DNA from: Mayamaea pseudoterrestris
Taxonomy: Eukaryota
NCBI GenBank assembly: GCA_027923505.1
Contig: BROI01000026.1
Location: 1-64,000 of the forward strand
Direction of reading: 5' to 3'
DNA: 64,000 bases
The stretch's first letter is position 1. Each line of letters opens with the position of its first letter. Position numbers and translations under genes: made by a program. Below, piece after piece: positions 35,144 to 46,251 of this stretch. The notes beneath the pieces are model-generated. The model was given only the letters and a program-made list of their open reading frames with translations, made no database searches and was not told the DNA's origin.

Positions 35144-36216
35144 GGTACGCCCTCAATGGTAGACGGACTGTATAGTGTTGCTGCTGCTGAGTCTGCTGCT
35201 TGCTAGGGAGGTGATGCGCGCGAGGGTGGTGGAAGCGCGGTTCGCCGTTGCGTCGCAAGACTACCCTGCGAGAAAGTACTCTTCAGGCCACACTACGCTG
35301 CTCGCTCAAAAAGGCAATATAAGAAGCTGCGTGGAACCAGTCATTGACTATTGCCTCGTCTCAGACACGCGATTACGTTCATCGCGCCGGCCGCGCCACG
35401 GAATTCCGAACGAACTCCGAAATCAAGCGTCTTCGTCCCGCTGAAAAAATGACCATGGGACAATTTCCTTCATAGCTGGCAGCAGTCATGTCGTCAATGA
35501 AAGTCTTCGGAGAAAACATAAGCTGCAACATACTTTTGCGCTGGGGAAAGGTCGAAGTTTCGATGTTTCGAATATGACTAACTCTCAGCGAAGCTGCCAA
35601 GTACCCGTAGATTGCACGCTACTAATGGCGCGAGGAAACTACCGGTAGGTATGCTATTGCCTACCTACTCCTGTAGTAGCTTTGTATGGCATTGAACGCG
35701 GAAGTTTGTATCCACAGATGATCCCATTGTAACTGTCTGACATTCGCGAGGCGACAAAAATGACTCGAAAACTTTTTTTGCTTTGAATAGCACCTCCTTG
35801 TAGTCTTTTGGAACGAACTACTCTGAAAACCCAACCTTTGTATACACAGTCAGCCGACGCTGTTGCTGTTCTGGCAATTTACTCTTGATCGCAGGCACAA
35901 GAAGGCGATGCGATCAAGAATTGCGACAAGAGGATTCTTGTGCAATGAGCAGTAAATACCAGTATGACTGAACTTTTAGTGCCGCTTTCTTATCGGACCT
36001 ACTTTAGCGTCAATCGACTTACCGGTTTTACTAAACCGCCGCACCGCCGCACGATGAACCAGCGGCTCTCCATGGTCCGTCACGTCCGTGGTGTTTTGCG
36101 ACTTGCCGCTCTCGTGTCCTCGTATTGCAGTGCATCCGTCCAGTGCAGTCAGTCGTCGTAGTCGTTGATACATACAATCACTTTACAATACCTGTCGACT
36201 CTCCATTAGTAGCATC

Positions 36217-36931
36217 ATGACTGTATCAGTAAGTCGTAGTCAAGCTTACTGCAACATGCATGCAAGCAGAGGAATGAAACGGCAGATGAAAGGATGAGCA
36301 CTCGTTCCGACTTGGCTGCCGAGGAATTTCACGGGCCTCTGCCGTAACTTCGTGGCTTACAATAAGTTCTCACCCTCTTTTTCTCTTCTGCTGTGCTCTA
36401 CAGAAAACTCCCCGATATTATCCTGCCGAGGACATTAAACCGGCGAAAAAGACACACTTGGTCAAGCAGAATCCTCCCCGACTTCGCAAGTCCATCACAC
36501 CCGGGACTGTTTTGATCATTCTCGCCGGAAGATTTCGAGGAAAGCGCGTCGTCTTTTTGAAGGCTTTGGAGAGTGGCTTGCTGCTTGTAAGTGGTCCATT
36601 CAAAATCAATGGCGTCCCTCTCCGACGTGTCAATCAAGCCTACGTGATTGCAACCTCAACGACTGTGGACGTGAGTGGAGTGAATGTCAAGCACATTGAC
36701 GATGTTTACTTTGGACGCAGCAAGGATCCATCCAAGGCGGAAGGCGAAGATGTTTTCTTTGAGGGCGATGCACCAAAGGCAGCCATTGTCAGTGACGAGC
36801 GCAAGGAGGACCAAAAGAAGGTTGATGAAGTCTTGCTAAAGGCAGTCGCTGCCGTTCCCATGCTGGAAGGTTACTTGGCGGCGCACTTTACCCTCACATC
36901 GAATGACAAACCACACTTGATGAAGTTTTAA
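36217..36931 (+). CDS. RPL6: 60S ribosomal protein L6 (eL6); exons 36217-36228 and 36404-36931
   Basis: The GT..AG intron 36229-36403 joins MTVS to KTPRYYPAED. LRKSITPGTVLIILAGRFRGKRVVFLK, GPFKINGVPLRRVNQAYVIATST and C-terminal PHLMKF. Confidence 0.97.
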
Positions 36932-37211
36932 ATTAATGCAAGACTATCATATATGAATCAACTTGGTCCTAGGCTTTGCTTGTGTAGCGTATAATATTGG
37001 CAGTGAAGTCAGCTTACGCAGTAATATCCACTATTGCTTTTCCATGCAAGTAAGCAAGCGCTTCTATAGAGCGTTATCCGAGTAAACAACTATCTATGAA
37101 CAGTGAATCAGAGTATGTACAGTACCCGCAGTGGGTAGTTCTATAATGCGTGCAAATCTATGTGTATGTACAAAAACCGGTGGGTTCCTGCTTATGAACA
37201 ACTGCAATCGT

Positions 37212-39155
37212 TCAAGCAAAGATTATCGTTTCATAGGAACCCTTGTGTCGAGGTCGACAGAAGAAATGCTCCATAAACTCCACCATGAGCAGCGAAGACG
37301 GTATCATGAGCAACGCCACTGCGGCCCAACCATAGGCCCACCCTCCACCCTCCGGATTGCCGTGAGACACTACATGGCCAACAATGTGCCACAATATCGA
37401 CGCGACACCGTATGCAAAACCATCCGTGTAGGCAGAAAAGAGTCCCTTATCCCTACCAAAGGTTGCGCCGACGAGGCTTGGAATGTGGTAAAATTGAACG
37501 GCAATTCCAAAGCCAGCCGCAACAACGGCAAGGGTTTGAAAGACTGTCACCATGCCAGGCTCGTTCAACACTCGCCTCACAGCAGGAATCGCCAACAGCG
37601 CCAAGACATAGCAAGCAACAATCGTGACGAGATACAATTTCGACACGAGCCACTTTCGCTGGCGCTCGGTTCGTCGGGCAAACATGCTGCCCGCCACCAC
37701 GAGACCGACCAAGGTTCCTACCGATAGACAAACGGCCAATCCTGAGGCTCGAGATTCCGATAATGTTGCGGTGCTCGTGTCGGCCAAGTAGGTGCCCAAT
37801 ATGCGTTCCGATGATCGTACGACGGATGACCCAGTGTGCGCCAGCGCAACACTCCAAAATGTGCCACTTCGAAGCAGGTGCTTGACCGAAGGCACGACGT
37901 TGCTGCGGACGATGAACCAAAGTAAGCCGATTGCAAGACTGAGGTTCATGGTTGGTTGGTGCGGCATTTGTTGCTGTTGCTTTGCATACGCGTCGCCGAG
38001 GGCCTGCTCTCGCTGACGTTGCCGACCATGATAGTATTCTGGAAACCACTTGGCGAGTAGCTCCGGATCAACAGGATTCTGCGGCTCATCCTGCGCAATT
38101 GGAGAATCTTGAATGTATAGGTAAACGACCGATGTACCTACAGCTGCCATCCAGGCTCCGATCAGTGCCATGACACGCCAATGTAAATTGTAGCTGCGCA
38201 GCAGCATGGAACTGACTGGAATGCCAACGAGCGAACCCAGTCGCGACGCCAAACTCGTCACGTAGATGGCGCCCTCATAGTTGCTGTTGCTACTTGTAGA
38301 CATACCGTGTACATCGTTTCGAAATGATTGATTGCGACGATTCTGATTGTTTCGTTTGCCAGTCTTTCGCATGTAATGCGTCGCCAAAATGATAATGCAG
38401 CAGGGCCACTGCACGCTGCTTGTAAACTCGACTAGAAAGCAAGCAGCCAATGCTTGCGACGGATTCTGTGCGCATGCCAGTCCCAGCAGTGATACTGCGA
38501 GTAGTGCATTGTAAATGAGCGTTGTCTTGCGGGCACCCACCAAGTCACCGACGGGTCCATTCAAAATTTTACCAAAGGCAGTTCCAAGCACGGCAGCCGA
38601 CGCGGCCTGCGGCGCGAAACTAGTTGATTCGGTTGAGAATTGTGACAAGACTGGAACCAAGGCGACGGGAACGACTGAGGCAAGGCTTGATAGAAAGAGT
38701 GCACCAAAGAGTGAAAGGTTGAGTGCGTTCAAGTGTTTTGTCCACGTAATGCTCCCTGTTGATGTAGATGACAAAAGATAGGAATCGATCAGTATTTCAT
38801 CCAAAACATCTTCGTCATCTCCATCGATATCCGCTTGATTGTCGTCGTCTGAGTCGTAGAGAAAGCCAAAGAAAAAGTGCGAGAGGGATCCCTTGTGCGG
38901 CGCAGCATCGTCATCGTCGTCGTTATTGGTTTCGTCAATCTTGATGCGTCGGCGCGCTCCAGCATCCGAGAATGAAATGAGATCCTCGTCATCGACGTCA
39001 TTGCAATCTGCATAGTCTCGTCTCTGCTGTACGTATCGCTGCCGGGCCGCTGATGATTGCATGTTTAGCGAGGATTGCAAGTGATCATTGTCTTCGCCAT
39101 GATGGTCCCCAAACAAGACATTTCTGGGAGACCAGAGTTGCCTCATCCGCTTCAT
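37212..39155 (-). CDS. Major facilitator superfamily transporter
   Basis: About 12 hydrophobic segments in two halves. MFS motif-A-like GKILNGPVGDLVGARK. Acidic N-terminal extension. Confidence 0.85.
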   Translation of the reverse strand: MKRMRQLWSPRNVLFGDHHGEDNDHLQSSLNMQSSAARQRYVQQRRDYADCNDVDDEDLISFSDAGARRRIKIDETNNDDDDDAAPHKGSLSHFFFGFLYDSDDDNQADIDGDDEDVLDEILIDSYLLSSTSTGSITWTKHLNALNLSLFGALFLSSLASVVPVALVPVLSQFSTESTSFAPQAASAAVLGTAFGKILNGPVGDLVGARKTTLIYNALLAVSLLGLACAQNPSQALAACFLVEFTSSVQWPCCIIILATHYMRKTGKRNNQNRRNQSFRNDVHGMSTSSNSNYEGAIYVTSLASRLGSLVGIPVSSMLLRSYNLHWRVMALIGAWMAAVGTSVVYLYIQDSPIAQDEPQNPVDPELLAKWFPEYYHGRQRQREQALGDAYAKQQQQMPHQPTMNLSLAIGLLWFIVRSNVVPSVKHLLRSGTFWSVALAHTGSSVVRSSERILGTYLADTSTATLSESRASGLAVCLSVGTLVGLVVAGSMFARRTERQRKWLVSKLYLVTIVACYVLALLAIPAVRRVLNEPGMVTVFQTLAVVAAGFGIAVQFYHIPSLVGATFGRDKGLFSAYTDGFAYGVASILWHIVGHVVSHGNPEGGGWAYGWAAVALLMIPSSLLMVEFMEHFFCRPRHKGSYETIIFA

Positions 39156-39354
39156 TGATATTTATCGTTACATTCGTTCTCTAGTCTAGTATATTTCATC
39201 TTCCGTTTATATAATCATTGCGTTGTGCAGCTCCTCATACGATGCATACGACGCTTTTGTCATGGTCAAAATCGACGAGGATGTTTCTTTTTCTGTCCGG
39301 TACTCAAGCACCAATGAGACAAGATGTTTCGATGCGGCTCTTTTTGTTCTATCA

Positions 39355-39470
39355 GTCACAGTGCCAAAAACTTTGATTTTCAATGTACTCTCCCGGTCAC
39401 AGTGCCAAAAACTTTGATTTTTTCTTTCGGTCACTGTGCCAAAAACTTTGATTTTCAAAGTTTTTGGCAC
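39355..39470. promoter_or_regulatory. Three direct copies plus one inverted partial copy of GTCAC(A/T)GTGCCAAAAACTTTGATTTT in a divergent intergenic region
   Basis: Copies at 39355, 39396 and 39430. The last forms a perfect 16-bp-arm hairpin GTGCCAAAAACTTTGA-TTT-TCAAAGTTTTTGGCAC. The repeat is seen directly; a regulatory role is inferred. Confidence 0.6.
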
Positions 39471-39879
39471 TACTGTTTAGCCCACACTGCCAGAAACTAT
39501 GATTTATCAAAAACGTCGGAACGGCCGACGCATCGCGTTCATTTTCGTCACCACTCGACAATTCGGACCGCCAAGGCATTGACTTCAGGGAGCAATTGTT
39601 TTCGCCGACCGTATTTGCTTGCGAAAAACAAGTAGTTTATGCAAGGACACGATCTCTCGGAGTGGAAAGGTTGGATAAACAAGCTGAATTGTACCGAACA
39701 GCAAACCGCACCGACACGGGAGTGTCATTGTTGACGCATTTTCCTCGCTTCAAAACTCGAACGAGGATGGCCATGGACTGAAAGAGTCACGATGCGCGCT
39801 TCAAGCGAAGGTTATCGTTTTATAAAACGAAAGGATGCCTTTTGAAGCACCGTCAATACCTTAATTCTAAAGCATATAA

Positions 39880-40614
39880 ATGGGAGCCAGTTGCGGAAAG
39901 TTTGGGCATGGATACATCCATGCGGAGGCAACACTCAGTGACGAAGGAACCGTCCGCGTCTCCAACACGTCAATGAGGAAGCCTACGACTTCATCAATCG
40001 TCGGTGCAGGCCAGTATCTCACGAATGAGAAGGATGAGCATACAACTTTATTGCCACCATCACCAGGATGGATATGGTGGGCGGCCTTGCAAACCAAGGC
40101 TATAAACCCTTGGCTAGTCAAGGCAATGAATTCAACTTCCATGACATCGCCTTTGGTGTGGCTCGGCGACATGGGGCGCAAAAACGCAGAGAAGAATGCC
40201 GACGCAGTTGTATCGCATGTCACGCAATCGAAATCGACAACTGGAACGGCTTCCCGCATTTCGAGAGTGAAGCCTACAAGTTGCAATACAGAACCGGCAG
40301 CATTCAAATCGCCAGTTAATGAGCCATTAGACGTGACTGCTGTCGCCGCAATGTGGACTAGTGGAATTGACGAGTTGGAACTAAATGAGCTTTTTCGGCG
40401 CAAGGACCTTTTGAAGCGTAAGCTGAAAAATTTTGATCGCAGGTTTGCCCAGCAGCGCGGCCGACCAACAGTGCAAGCCGACCGCGAGCCCTTGCGACCA
40501 ATGTACAAGGCGTATCAAGCGCTTCGCGAGCGTATTTATGTATTAGTAGCGAGTGATCCAGCTCGGTGTGGACAAGTTGCGGTCAAAGCGAAGAAGGGAT
40601 CACTCGTGACGTAG
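39880..40614 (+). CDS. Hypothetical protein with one FAM13A-C-terminal-like repeat
   Basis: C-terminal LKRKLKNFDRRFAQQRGRPTVQADREPLRPMYKAYQALR resembles the repeats in 31355-35143. Confidence 0.6.
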   Translation: MGASCGKFGHGYIHAEATLSDEGTVRVSNTSMRKPTTSSIVGAGQYLTNEKDEHTTLLPPSPGWIWWAALQTKAINPWLVKAMNSTSMTSPLVWLGDMGRKNAEKNADAVVSHVTQSKSTTGTASRISRVKPTSCNTEPAAFKSPVNEPLDVTAVAAMWTSGIDELELNELFRRKDLLKRKLKNFDRRFAQQRGRPTVQADREPLRPMYKAYQALRERIYVLVASDPARCGQVAVKAKKGSLVT

Positions 40615-40930
40615 AGTACGACTACGAGATCTGACAGCAAAGCATTAATTAAGCAGCTCAGTATCGAGTCTTTATAATCACAGCGTGCAGCGACTTGAGA
40701 TTGGTTGACTATTGTAAACATTGGATGTAAGCCCACGAAAGCGCCTATGGCATGCATACTCGAGTACAAAAATTGGCGCTCTGAGTTAGAGAAGCAACGA
40801 CAATAAATCCTAGTAAACATATTGCAGTCAAGTAATGATAGTAAATAAAGAATAGTTTAAGTCGTGCTACACAAAATATCGAAGGTGATACTGCGGCCTA
40901 TCGCTGCCGGAATGAATCGTCGTTCCATGC

Positions 40931-42286
40931 TTACGCCAAAGCGCCCGACATGGCAAGGTCAGTCTTGCCTCCCTTGATCAGCTTCGAGTGAAGCATGGCA
41001 GCGTAGATGGAAAGGCCAACAGTTCCAAGAACGAAAAAGACCAAGGCAAACTTTTGTCCGCCAGTAGTTGAGACGCCGCCTCCGACAGAGCTTGATGCAC
41101 CCGAAACGATAATCTCACCCTCCTCGTCATACGTTCCACTCTTGAGCGACTGCATGTAATCGCAGACAACAGTCTCTTGGGACAATTGGTTCTCATAGCC
41201 AGAGTACGATGAGTATCCATTGTCAAATCCGTGAGTCTTTTCGCACTTGGCTGCCTCCTCGTACAAGTTCTCGCAAAGTTCAATGACAGCATCGGCATCG
41301 GCATTGTCATTGGCGGCGCGGTCATCGTCCACTTGCTCCTGGGGCTCGGCGCACGAAATGCAAGTATCTGTGTATGTGTTCTTGAGCAGAGCATGCGAAA
41401 GCTTCATTTGGACGCCATCGCCGTCGACGAGGTAGTCGTCAACCTCCTTGGTAGAGTCAAGCAAGAGGCAGTTCTCGTCCGTGAACACACCAATCTTGAC
41501 CTTGGTACCAGAGCTAGCGCACATTGGTCCAGCGTACAGGCCAGCCTTGCCGTCGTCCTCGGGATCGTAAATCATCTCGCACTCCAAAAACTTGGTAGCG
41601 TCAAGGTATCCGTTGGCTTCCATATTGTTGATCTTTTGGCACTCGTCGTAACAAGTGCTGCAGTCCAAAGTTCCATAGTACTGCTGTTCGCCAAGCTTAC
41701 GGCGGCGGCGTCCACCATCCTGGTTGTCGCCTTCACCGTCCTGCTGGTCCTCCTGTCCATCCTCCTGTTGCTGCTCCTCCTGTTGCTGGTCCTGCTGCTG
41801 CGCATCATCGCCAGCTTCCTGAGCCGCCGCGGCATCATCGCCAGCACACTCCTCGCAAGCCTTGCACATGGCCTCCTGCTGGTTCTGATAGTACTCGACA
41901 GTGGTTTGCAAATACGTATCCAAGTCAATCAAGTACTCGCCGTAATTGTAGTTGCAACTACTGCACGAGTCGGGGCAGAGGCGGAAAATTACGAATCGCT
42001 TCGTTGCCAAAACCGTAGAAGAATCCTCGTCCTGCGCAAGATCATCGTCATAGGCCTTGACAAACTGGCACTTTTCAAACTTGACACTGTACTTGCTAAT
42101 GTCGACTTGGTAGTCATCGTCTCCATTTTGGTCGAGGCGACGGCCTAGTTGCGAGTTTTCAGTGGGTTGGGCACCGCGGACAAGCTTTGACAAGTAGGCA
42201 GACTTGGAGTTGCGTGCCGTTTGGGCGCGCTCGAATGGATTGGCCGATGCCAAGCCGAGCAGGGAGAGTGCTGCAATAACCTTCAT
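40931..42286 (-). CDS. Silicanin-like SDV membrane protein, paralog 2
   Basis: Signal peptide MKVIAALSLLGLASA, RRL motif and a second RRRRKL. YSVKFEKC, KRFVIFRLCP, YGEYLIDL, AGPMC, GVFTDENC, CENLYEEAAKCE. Q/E/D-rich insert and a C-terminal TM helix. Confidence 0.78.
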   Translation of the reverse strand: MKVIAALSLLGLASANPFERAQTARNSKSAYLSKLVRGAQPTENSQLGRRLDQNGDDDYQVDISKYSVKFEKCQFVKAYDDDLAQDEDSSTVLATKRFVIFRLCPDSCSSCNYNYGEYLIDLDTYLQTTVEYYQNQQEAMCKACEECAGDDAAAAQEAGDDAQQQDQQQEEQQQEDGQEDQQDGEGDNQDGGRRRRKLGEQQYYGTLDCSTCYDECQKINNMEANGYLDATKFLECEMIYDPEDDGKAGLYAGPMCASSGTKVKIGVFTDENCLLLDSTKEVDDYLVDGDGVQMKLSHALLKNTYTDTCISCAEPQEQVDDDRAANDNADADAVIELCENLYEEAAKCEKTHGFDNGYSSYSGYENQLSQETVVCDYMQSLKSGTYDEEGEIIVSGASSSVGGGVSTTGGQKFALVFFVLGTVGLSIYAAMLHSKLIKGGKTDLAMSGALA

Positions 42287-43496
42287 TGTAATGAGTAGCA
42301 ATCGAGTACAAATCTGTAAGTGACGAAAAGGAGGAGTAGACTTGAGTGAGAATGGAACAAGCAACGATGAAAGTAGACTGTTTGGATTTTCAACGCTTCA
42401 ATCGCTCGCAAAACGGCTCTGTCACACATGCAAGTCGCTCCATGGATCCTTGAGATGGTCGAGGAAGCGCTCGTCCGGGAGCAAGGGTCGCAACCACTGC
42501 GCAAGCAGCAGAGTCCCTAGCGAACGCAAGCATCTAGTCATGAACGACTCGATACGACAGACATTTTGCATCGGAGTCGCCGCTGGCAGCATGTGATCGA
42601 GGCAAGCAACGGATCGTGCCGAAGCAATGACTCGAGTCGACCTCGCTCGGTCCTAGCTGCATCGTTCGACTAGTAGCTAGTCTCCCTTCGTCTTCTTCTT
42701 GTCTCTACTTCGTCATATAGAAAGCAGTCATGCTGATTTGATATATCTCACCTTCTATTTGCTGTCAGATATGATCCTTGTGCAATGGTAAAGAAGTGGC
42801 GGCGGCAACGAAAGTGTACGGCTGTTGCACGTCGGCAGGGCTTCGCCGATTGGACGCACTTTGGCGGATATACGGTATTCAGTCACCAATATACGTATAC
42901 ACTACACTCGGCTGGCATTGGAGACGTTGGAACTGTCCAACAGGCTTTCACTGTAGCATGCAAACAGCTAAATAAATCAACAATTGTATTACGCGCAGGC
43001 CGGGCTCCCTAGTTACCGTTGCGGAACGACCCATCGCCGACGCCCTACTCTTTGGGTGAGAATCAAAATAGATGCATCGGCTGGCGCGTCGGCGACACAC
43101 TTTCGCTATGTAAATTGGAGAGCGGGGTGAGATTCATCGCTGGCACCGCAAGGAGTGTGGAACACCGCGTGGGGCTGCGGCTTGTTCGAAAATCCACAAT
43201 CGACTTGTTCCTTGGGACAGCTACTTGTAGACTAAGATTCCGCTGGTGTCTCTCTGTGTAAGTCTTGGTCATGGACATGTAGTATTGTTATGTTCCCAAT
43301 CATTGAATGGTTTAGGAACGGACTTTTGTTCGAGGGATGATGGAAGCCGACTGATCGAAAGGGAATGGCTGCACCTCCGTTGGATTTTGGAGTGCAACGC
43401 TTGATAGGCAATAGATGAAGGTTTCTGTCGTGGTTCGACGTAGTCTTCTCTAACATTTTGTTACTTCTCGACTTGATAATTCGCAGTACATCAATC

Positions 43497-44645
43497 ATGA
43501 TGAAGACAATCAGTGCAATCCTTTCGCTCGCAACGCTCGTCAATGGCGATGGCATCATTTCGCAACCCCTCGGCGCTCAGCTCAACATTGGCAACATCCA
43601 GGCCGACTCGGAGCTTGCGCGAAACCTCTTGAGTCAGGCACGTCGAGTGGCTCAAGACGACGGTGGTGATGATGCTTTTGACGCCAACTGGGTAGCGGGG
43701 TATTCGCTCAAGTTTCAAGGCTGTCATCACATTTCACAATGGAACGACAATATCGAAAGCGAGGAGGATGTTCGCATCGCCACCAAGCGACTCGTTCGAT
43801 TTCGTCTCTGTCCGTCCGACAGTTGCAGCAAGACGAGCGGCACTGGATGCGGCGATGGCTACGGTGACTACGTTGTTGACATGAACACGTACTTATCGTA
43901 CTATGTTGCCGCTCGTGCCACATACCAACAATACGAGTGCTCGTACTTGACCAACTACGTTTGCGGCTGCAACGGCGACAATAGCTGCCTCTACAAGTGC
44001 TTTACACAGCACAACATGGCATCCGTCTGTGCTTCTAACAACAACGGAGACACGGATGATGCGACGATTAGCATGGAGGATTACATGACCTGCACGCAGA
44101 GCGCGTTTGCCGACGAGAACGGCAGCTACTTGTACATTGGGCCGTACTGTGCCAGTCAGGGAGGAGAGATTCATCTTGGAGCTTTTACGGACGACGCCTG
44201 CACCAACTTTGCCGACAATAGCGCCATGGGTGCACAGGCCTTCAAAAAGATTGCCGGATACTCGCTCCCATATGCCAGCGCCAATGTCATTGACCTTGAC
44301 TGCATCTCCTGCAAGGAACCGGCTAACAAGAATAACGACGGCAATGATGCCAACGATGCTGACGACGTTGCCGAAGTTTGCGAGGCTGTTTACACTGCCG
44401 CCGGCAAGTGCGAGGCCAACCTTCCATCAGGAACGGTTCAAACCGCCAATAACAATGCATGCAACTACATGGAAGGCATCAAGATTGTTCGCAAGGACGG
44501 TACCATTGTCACTGCCAATAGCAAGGCTGACAAGACGGCGGGGGCGTTCATTGGACTCTTTACATCGGCCTTTATTCTGCTGAGTGCGTACACTTACTAC
44601 TTGAAGCTCCGATTAGACCGAGCATCCATCAACTTGGATGAGTAA
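43497..44645 (+). CDS. Silicanin-like SDV membrane protein, paralog 3 (most Sin1-like by recollection)
   Basis: Signal peptide; RRV in place of RRL. WVAGYSLKFQGCHHISQWND..EDVRIATKRLVRFRLCP, GYGDYVVDM, YIGPYCASQGG, NNNACNYMEGIK. TM helix and tail KLRLDRASINLDE. Confidence 0.82.
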   Translation: MMKTISAILSLATLVNGDGIISQPLGAQLNIGNIQADSELARNLLSQARRVAQDDGGDDAFDANWVAGYSLKFQGCHHISQWNDNIESEEDVRIATKRLVRFRLCPSDSCSKTSGTGCGDGYGDYVVDMNTYLSYYVAARATYQQYECSYLTNYVCGCNGDNSCLYKCFTQHNMASVCASNNNGDTDDATISMEDYMTCTQSAFADENGSYLYIGPYCASQGGEIHLGAFTDDACTNFADNSAMGAQAFKKIAGYSLPYASANVIDLDCISCKEPANKNNDGNDANDADDVAEVCEAVYTAAGKCEANLPSGTVQTANNNACNYMEGIKIVRKDGTIVTANSKADKTAGAFIGLFTSAFILLSAYTYYLKLRLDRASINLDE

Positions 44646-46251
44646 ACAGAAGAGATTGAAAGGAGACAGTGTGCGTGTTTGAGATGAACATTGCGAGTAG
44701 GCAATCTGCTTGCAAGTCAATCTGTACGTCAAACACAAACACATTCATTGCACATTTTTCATCTTGCCGCCTATGTATTTAACATTCTAATAGAAGTTTA
44801 GGAGACATGCTGTTGTAATGTAATTGACTTAAATTCTATTGCGATGCGGTATTCGCAATCATTGGCTCAAGCGAATTGCAGGCGTGCGCTCTCCTCCCAT
44901 TGCAACAGCAGCCCATGCTACTGGTTGTACCTACCCCTGCGTCTGCTGCGAACTTCGCCATCCACTCGAGCGCCGGCTATTAAATATGCGATGGACGCCG
45001 TTGTCTCGGTTTGACGCGCCGCTGCGTCATTTGAGTGCGACAGCTTGTACCAGAGTCCAAACGCACCTAGTCGAGCTAGCTTGATCAGTCTTTTCCCAGG
45101 CTGTTGTAGATATATTGCACAGCTCCATTGCCAAGTAACGCTTGCTTGCTCCTTAAAGATTAACATTTCCAAAACGAACGGACCAGAGACCTATTGTAGC
45201 TCCAAAATGTTATTCACGAAACGGAGAGACCATCACCCGGCTGTGTGCCATGTCCCTGGTGATGCAGATTCACTGGTGCAGCGTATCCTTCAAGAATATA
45301 TGGCATGTCACACCCAGCCAGTAGCGCCGCCTCCTGCTAATCAGCTACACAATATCGTCAATTTACGCGTAGACTTGAGTATTTATAGCAGCCTGAAGGG
45401 ATCGCTCGTCAAACAGCGTCCAGCGTCTTGGTACCAACGAATGACCAAAGATACTGCAAGCCACGTTCGAATGGACGCATCTAATAGCTTTTGATTTGGT
45501 GACTCCTTTGCATATGTCATTCGAGTTACCAAAAAGTTCTTGGCGCGTATGCCGTCGGTTCCTTGTTGCTCCAATGTCCAATGCCTCGTTCTTTCCGAAC
45601 TCTTTTAAAAGCAAACGTGACTCACAAATACGTAGGGCTCGACGAAGAAATGTAGCAGAATCATACAAAATATCCTCGAATTGTCAAGGATTGCGTTAAG
45701 CTTCGCTTTGGATTGGTTTGTAATTGCTGACGAAGGAAGCGTCGCTTCTGCAGAGTGCATCGCCACCATTGCGAATCGCTTGTTGCATTATAAATTCCAC
45801 CTTTTGCTATTGAAAATTCTATATGGTTCTTCATAGCTCTACCAACAGCTTACATGAGTTTCTGGCGCAAGGTCAAAAGGATTCCTCGTCATGATGGTGG
45901 TCGAACGGTAGAAGAAAATTGAACGCGTTGTTGCTGTTGTGTGTCACGCTCTGTCGCTCCAGGTATTTAAAAAGTCGCTCCGGTTTCATGCATTGACGTC
46001 AGCGACTCGCAACGCGTCTGCCTGCGGCCGAAAGACACGAGCCATCATCACAAAGCATCCAAGCAAACGACAATCGTCCTGCTGCATTCTACGCCCAAAC
46101 ATAACATTAGTCGCTCATCAGAGAGACAGTTATACGTCGAAAATAACCATGAATCGAGAAGCGTCAAGCGAAAGACACAGATAGAAGATTGGCAATCGCA
46201 GCAGCAACAGTCGCTCGAGATTCCGAAACAAACGTCACTACGAAATTCATC

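Noticed and set aside
44900..45800. Possible decayed LRR-type gene on the minus strand
   Set aside because: Only faint resemblance across several frames with many stops, which cannot be supported without a search.
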